Source of the DNA: a virus
Virus record (IMG/VR): IMGVR_UViG_3300010355_001591
Length of the DNA: 25,331 bases
Reading direction: 5' to 3' (one strand)
This document shows, one piece after another, positions 23,771 through 25,331 of this stretch (the first letter of the stretch is position 1; the number at the start of each line of letters is the position of its first letter). A model generated the notes under the pieces. It was given only the letters and a program-made list of their open reading frames with translations, made no database searches and was not told the origin of the DNA. The position numbers and the translations under genes are program-made.

Positions 23771-24055
23771 ATGAGACATATTAGAGAGTTGTTTAAAAAC
23801 GATGATGCACTTGCAACAATAGGTTGTGGATTAGCAGGAACTCCATTGGGACTGCTCGGTCTATGTTGTGGACCACTAAACTTGTGTTTTTGTTGTTTAC
23901 CAACAATAATACCAGCATTTATCGGTGGAGGAATAGGTGCAGCAATAGGATGCGTGACTGATGCTATTGTTACAGCATGCAGCCCAATCATGGCATTGTT
24001 AGGATGTGCTGGTGGATCAACCAGCGGCAGCACAGTTCAAGCCATAAGAGTCTAA
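23771..24055 (+). CDS. Cys/Gly-rich hydrophobic protein with a class III-like leader, 94 aa
   Basis: GGAGTGA RBS; RELFKNDDA/LATIG; CCGP and CFCCLP. Confidence 0.75.
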   Translation: MRHIRELFKNDDALATIGCGLAGTPLGLLGLCCGPLNLCFCCLPTIIPAFIGGGIGAAIGCVTDAIVTACSPIMALLGCAGGSTSGSTVQAIRV

Positions 24056-24263
24056 AAGTTTTTAAACTTTTTATCTTTTTTTTAATCTTTTCTATTAAAT
24101 ACATATTAAAAAGCGTAAATAATCATCATCTAAAATTATTGTGTAATAAAACATACACGAGCCATCATTATCGATCGTTTTTGATGCCTCTATGATTCTC
24201 TATTTAGAAAAAAGCAATTAAAAAAAGTAATAAAAAAATAATAAATAGATTAAATTACAAAAA

Positions 24264-24344
24264 TTAAAAAAATGAACTTATCAGACTCATTATGATCTGG
24301 ATAGGCGACATGCACGCCTGACCAAACATGCTCATTATATCCAT
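24264..24344 (-). CDS. Microprotein, 26 aa (MDIMSMFGQACMSPIQIIMSLISSFF)
   Basis: Translated by hand; perfect GGAGGTGA RBS. Confidence 0.55.
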   Translation of the reverse strand: MDIMSMFGQACMSPIQIIMSLISSFF

Positions 24345-24375
24345 TTTATTCTTCACCTCCAAAATTATTTCATTT

Positions 24376-24504
24376 TTAACAACACAACAAAACATTCTTT
24401 AATTCTTTTAGCGGATACATTAATATTGTAGTTACGTTCTCTACAAGCACTCGTATCATTGATGTATATGCAGATAATACAGATACTGACAAAAATGCTA
24501 CCAT
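24376..24504 (-). CDS. Microprotein, 42 aa (MVAFLSVSVLSAYTSMIRVLVENVTTILMYPLKELKNVLLCC)
   Basis: Translated by hand; the same 20-bp RBS/start cassette as 24341-24360 recurs at 24501-24520. Confidence 0.6.
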   Translation of the reverse strand: MVAFLSVSVLSAYTSMIRVLVENVTTILMYPLKELKNVLLCC

Positions 24505-24505
24505 T

Positions 24506-24631
24506 TTATTCTTCACCTCCCTTTTTTTCTATTTTAACCAAGCTTCTACAGTCTGGGCATGTAGCATATACTGACTTTGCACCGGTATATTCCCATTCAT
24601 TTCCGCATTTTTTGCATTTTAGCAATACCAT
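24506..24631 (-). CDS. Zinc-ribbon microprotein, 41 aa
   Basis: Translated by hand: MVLLKCKKCGNEWEYTGAKSVYATCPDCRSLVKIEKKGGEE. Confidence 0.8.
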   Translation of the reverse strand: MVLLKCKKCGNEWEYTGAKSVYATCPDCRSLVKIEKKGGEE

Positions 24632-24691
24632 ATTTTATTTCAACCCGTATTATTATTACTATTATTAATATTATATAAACTTATTTTTTTT

Positions 24692-25252
24692 TCATTTGAT
24701 GAAATTCATCTTTATTATATCAGCCTCGTCTTCAGCAGTATAATTTTCTATCGTCTGGATGTTCGTATGCCGTATCGCTTTGGAGATCAGGTTTGTAGGC
24801 ACACCTTCACGCCCCATCTTGGCGATCCATGAATACCGAAGAGAGTGAGTGTTGATCTTGTAATATCGCATTGCAAACATCTTAACCCCATTCAATACCT
24901 TATCAAAAGAATAGTCCAGATCTAAATATTGTTTTTTCACGGCAGACGGTATCTTGATCAGGGCATCAACATCTTTGCCCTTGCTCAGTTTTTTACGTTT
25001 CCGTGCCCTTATCTTTTGTATTCTCTCATTGTTATTTTTGAAACTCAAGACCGCCTCAACAGCCTCTGATATCCTTGAACCGTTCTCTATCTGAGTCAAG
25101 AGAATTGAAGTATAAAGAAGACGGGTAAGAACTGTTGCCGGTACTGGTCTCTTTTTCAATTCGTTATACTCTTTTTCTTTGGCAAGATCTCGAAGGTCAT
25201 TCTTAAACCTCTGATCCCATTCATCAAAATCCAATCTTTTATCCCAGCTCAT
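24692..25252 (-). CDS. Compact tyrosine recombinase (integrase/resolvase), 186 aa
   Basis: Catalytic R (NGSRISEA), K (RKRK), HxxR (THSLRY), H (IRHTN) and Y (IENY). Confidence 0.88.
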   Translation of the reverse strand: MSWDKRLDFDEWDQRFKNDLRDLAKEKEYNELKKRPVPATVLTRLLYTSILLTQIENGSRISEAVEAVLSFKNNNERIQKIRARKRKKLSKGKDVDALIKIPSAVKKQYLDLDYSFDKVLNGVKMFAMRYYKINTHSLRYSWIAKMGREGVPTNLISKAIRHTNIQTIENYTAEDEADIIKMNFIK

Positions 25253-25331
25253 TGTTATCTTATACAGTCATTTATGGATATAAAGATAACACTTTAACAT
25301 CTACACGTTACCATATCACCATAAGATAACA
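25205..25331 (+). repeat. Terminal direct repeat, right copy (circularity overlap)
   Basis: Identical to 1-127. Confidence 0.97.

Larger units (their letters stand above)
1..25331. mobile_element. Complete circular genome (25,204 bp) of a probable archaeal spindle-shaped virus
   Basis: 127-bp terminal identity; spindle-virus-like MCP pair, AAA+ ATPase, SF3 helicase, tyrosine recombinase and MTase; no host housekeeping or RNA genes; archaeal SD and TATA signals. Confidence 0.8.

Noticed and set aside
1-25331. tRNA, rRNA or tRNA-derived att site
   Set aside because: No T-loop GGTTC(G/A)A(A/G)TCC or cloverleaf found by eye; tRNAscan-SE would be needed to exclude it fully
1-25331. Head-tail phage, pleolipovirus or conjugative plasmid identity
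   Set aside because: No terminase, portal or HK97 motifs, no large fusogen-like spike or HUH Rep, and no relaxase/VirB4; the MCP pair fits spindle-shaped viruses better

Overview
Bases 1-127 are identical to 25205-25331, so this window is very probably a complete circular element of 25,204 bp with an assembler overlap. Its gene content points to an archaeal spindle-shaped (lemon-shaped) virus. It encodes two small two-helix hydrophobic proteins resembling SSV1 VP1/VP3- and His1-type major capsid proteins (18344-18984), an AAA+ ATPase with adjacent membrane proteins, a D5/P4-type SF3 helicase followed by an iteron-like inverted repeat, a short tyrosine recombinase and a Dam-family adenine methyltransferase. 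Archaeal GGAGGTGA-type RBSs, TATA-like boxes and zinc-ribbon microproteins are also present. A 490-aa S-layer-like glycoprotein suggests a Methanomicrobia/ANME-type host (inference). The most unusual part is the roughly 12-kb late region (7.8-19.3 kb). It holds about 20 small, nearly uncharged Cys/Gly-rich membrane peptides, many missing from the supplied ORF track. It also holds a 1117-aa protein with only 8 charged residues, about 90 Cys and a 21-unit Cys heptad repeat, and a protein that is about 20% Met. Three proteins, including one capsid paralogue, share a leader resembling an archaeal type IV prepilin (class III) signal peptide. An early gene resembles the NLT(P)H family that I recall as the Crn4 ring nuclease, making it a candidate anti-CRISPR. 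All family assignments come from motif recognition by eye, all counts are hand counts, and no searches were run.
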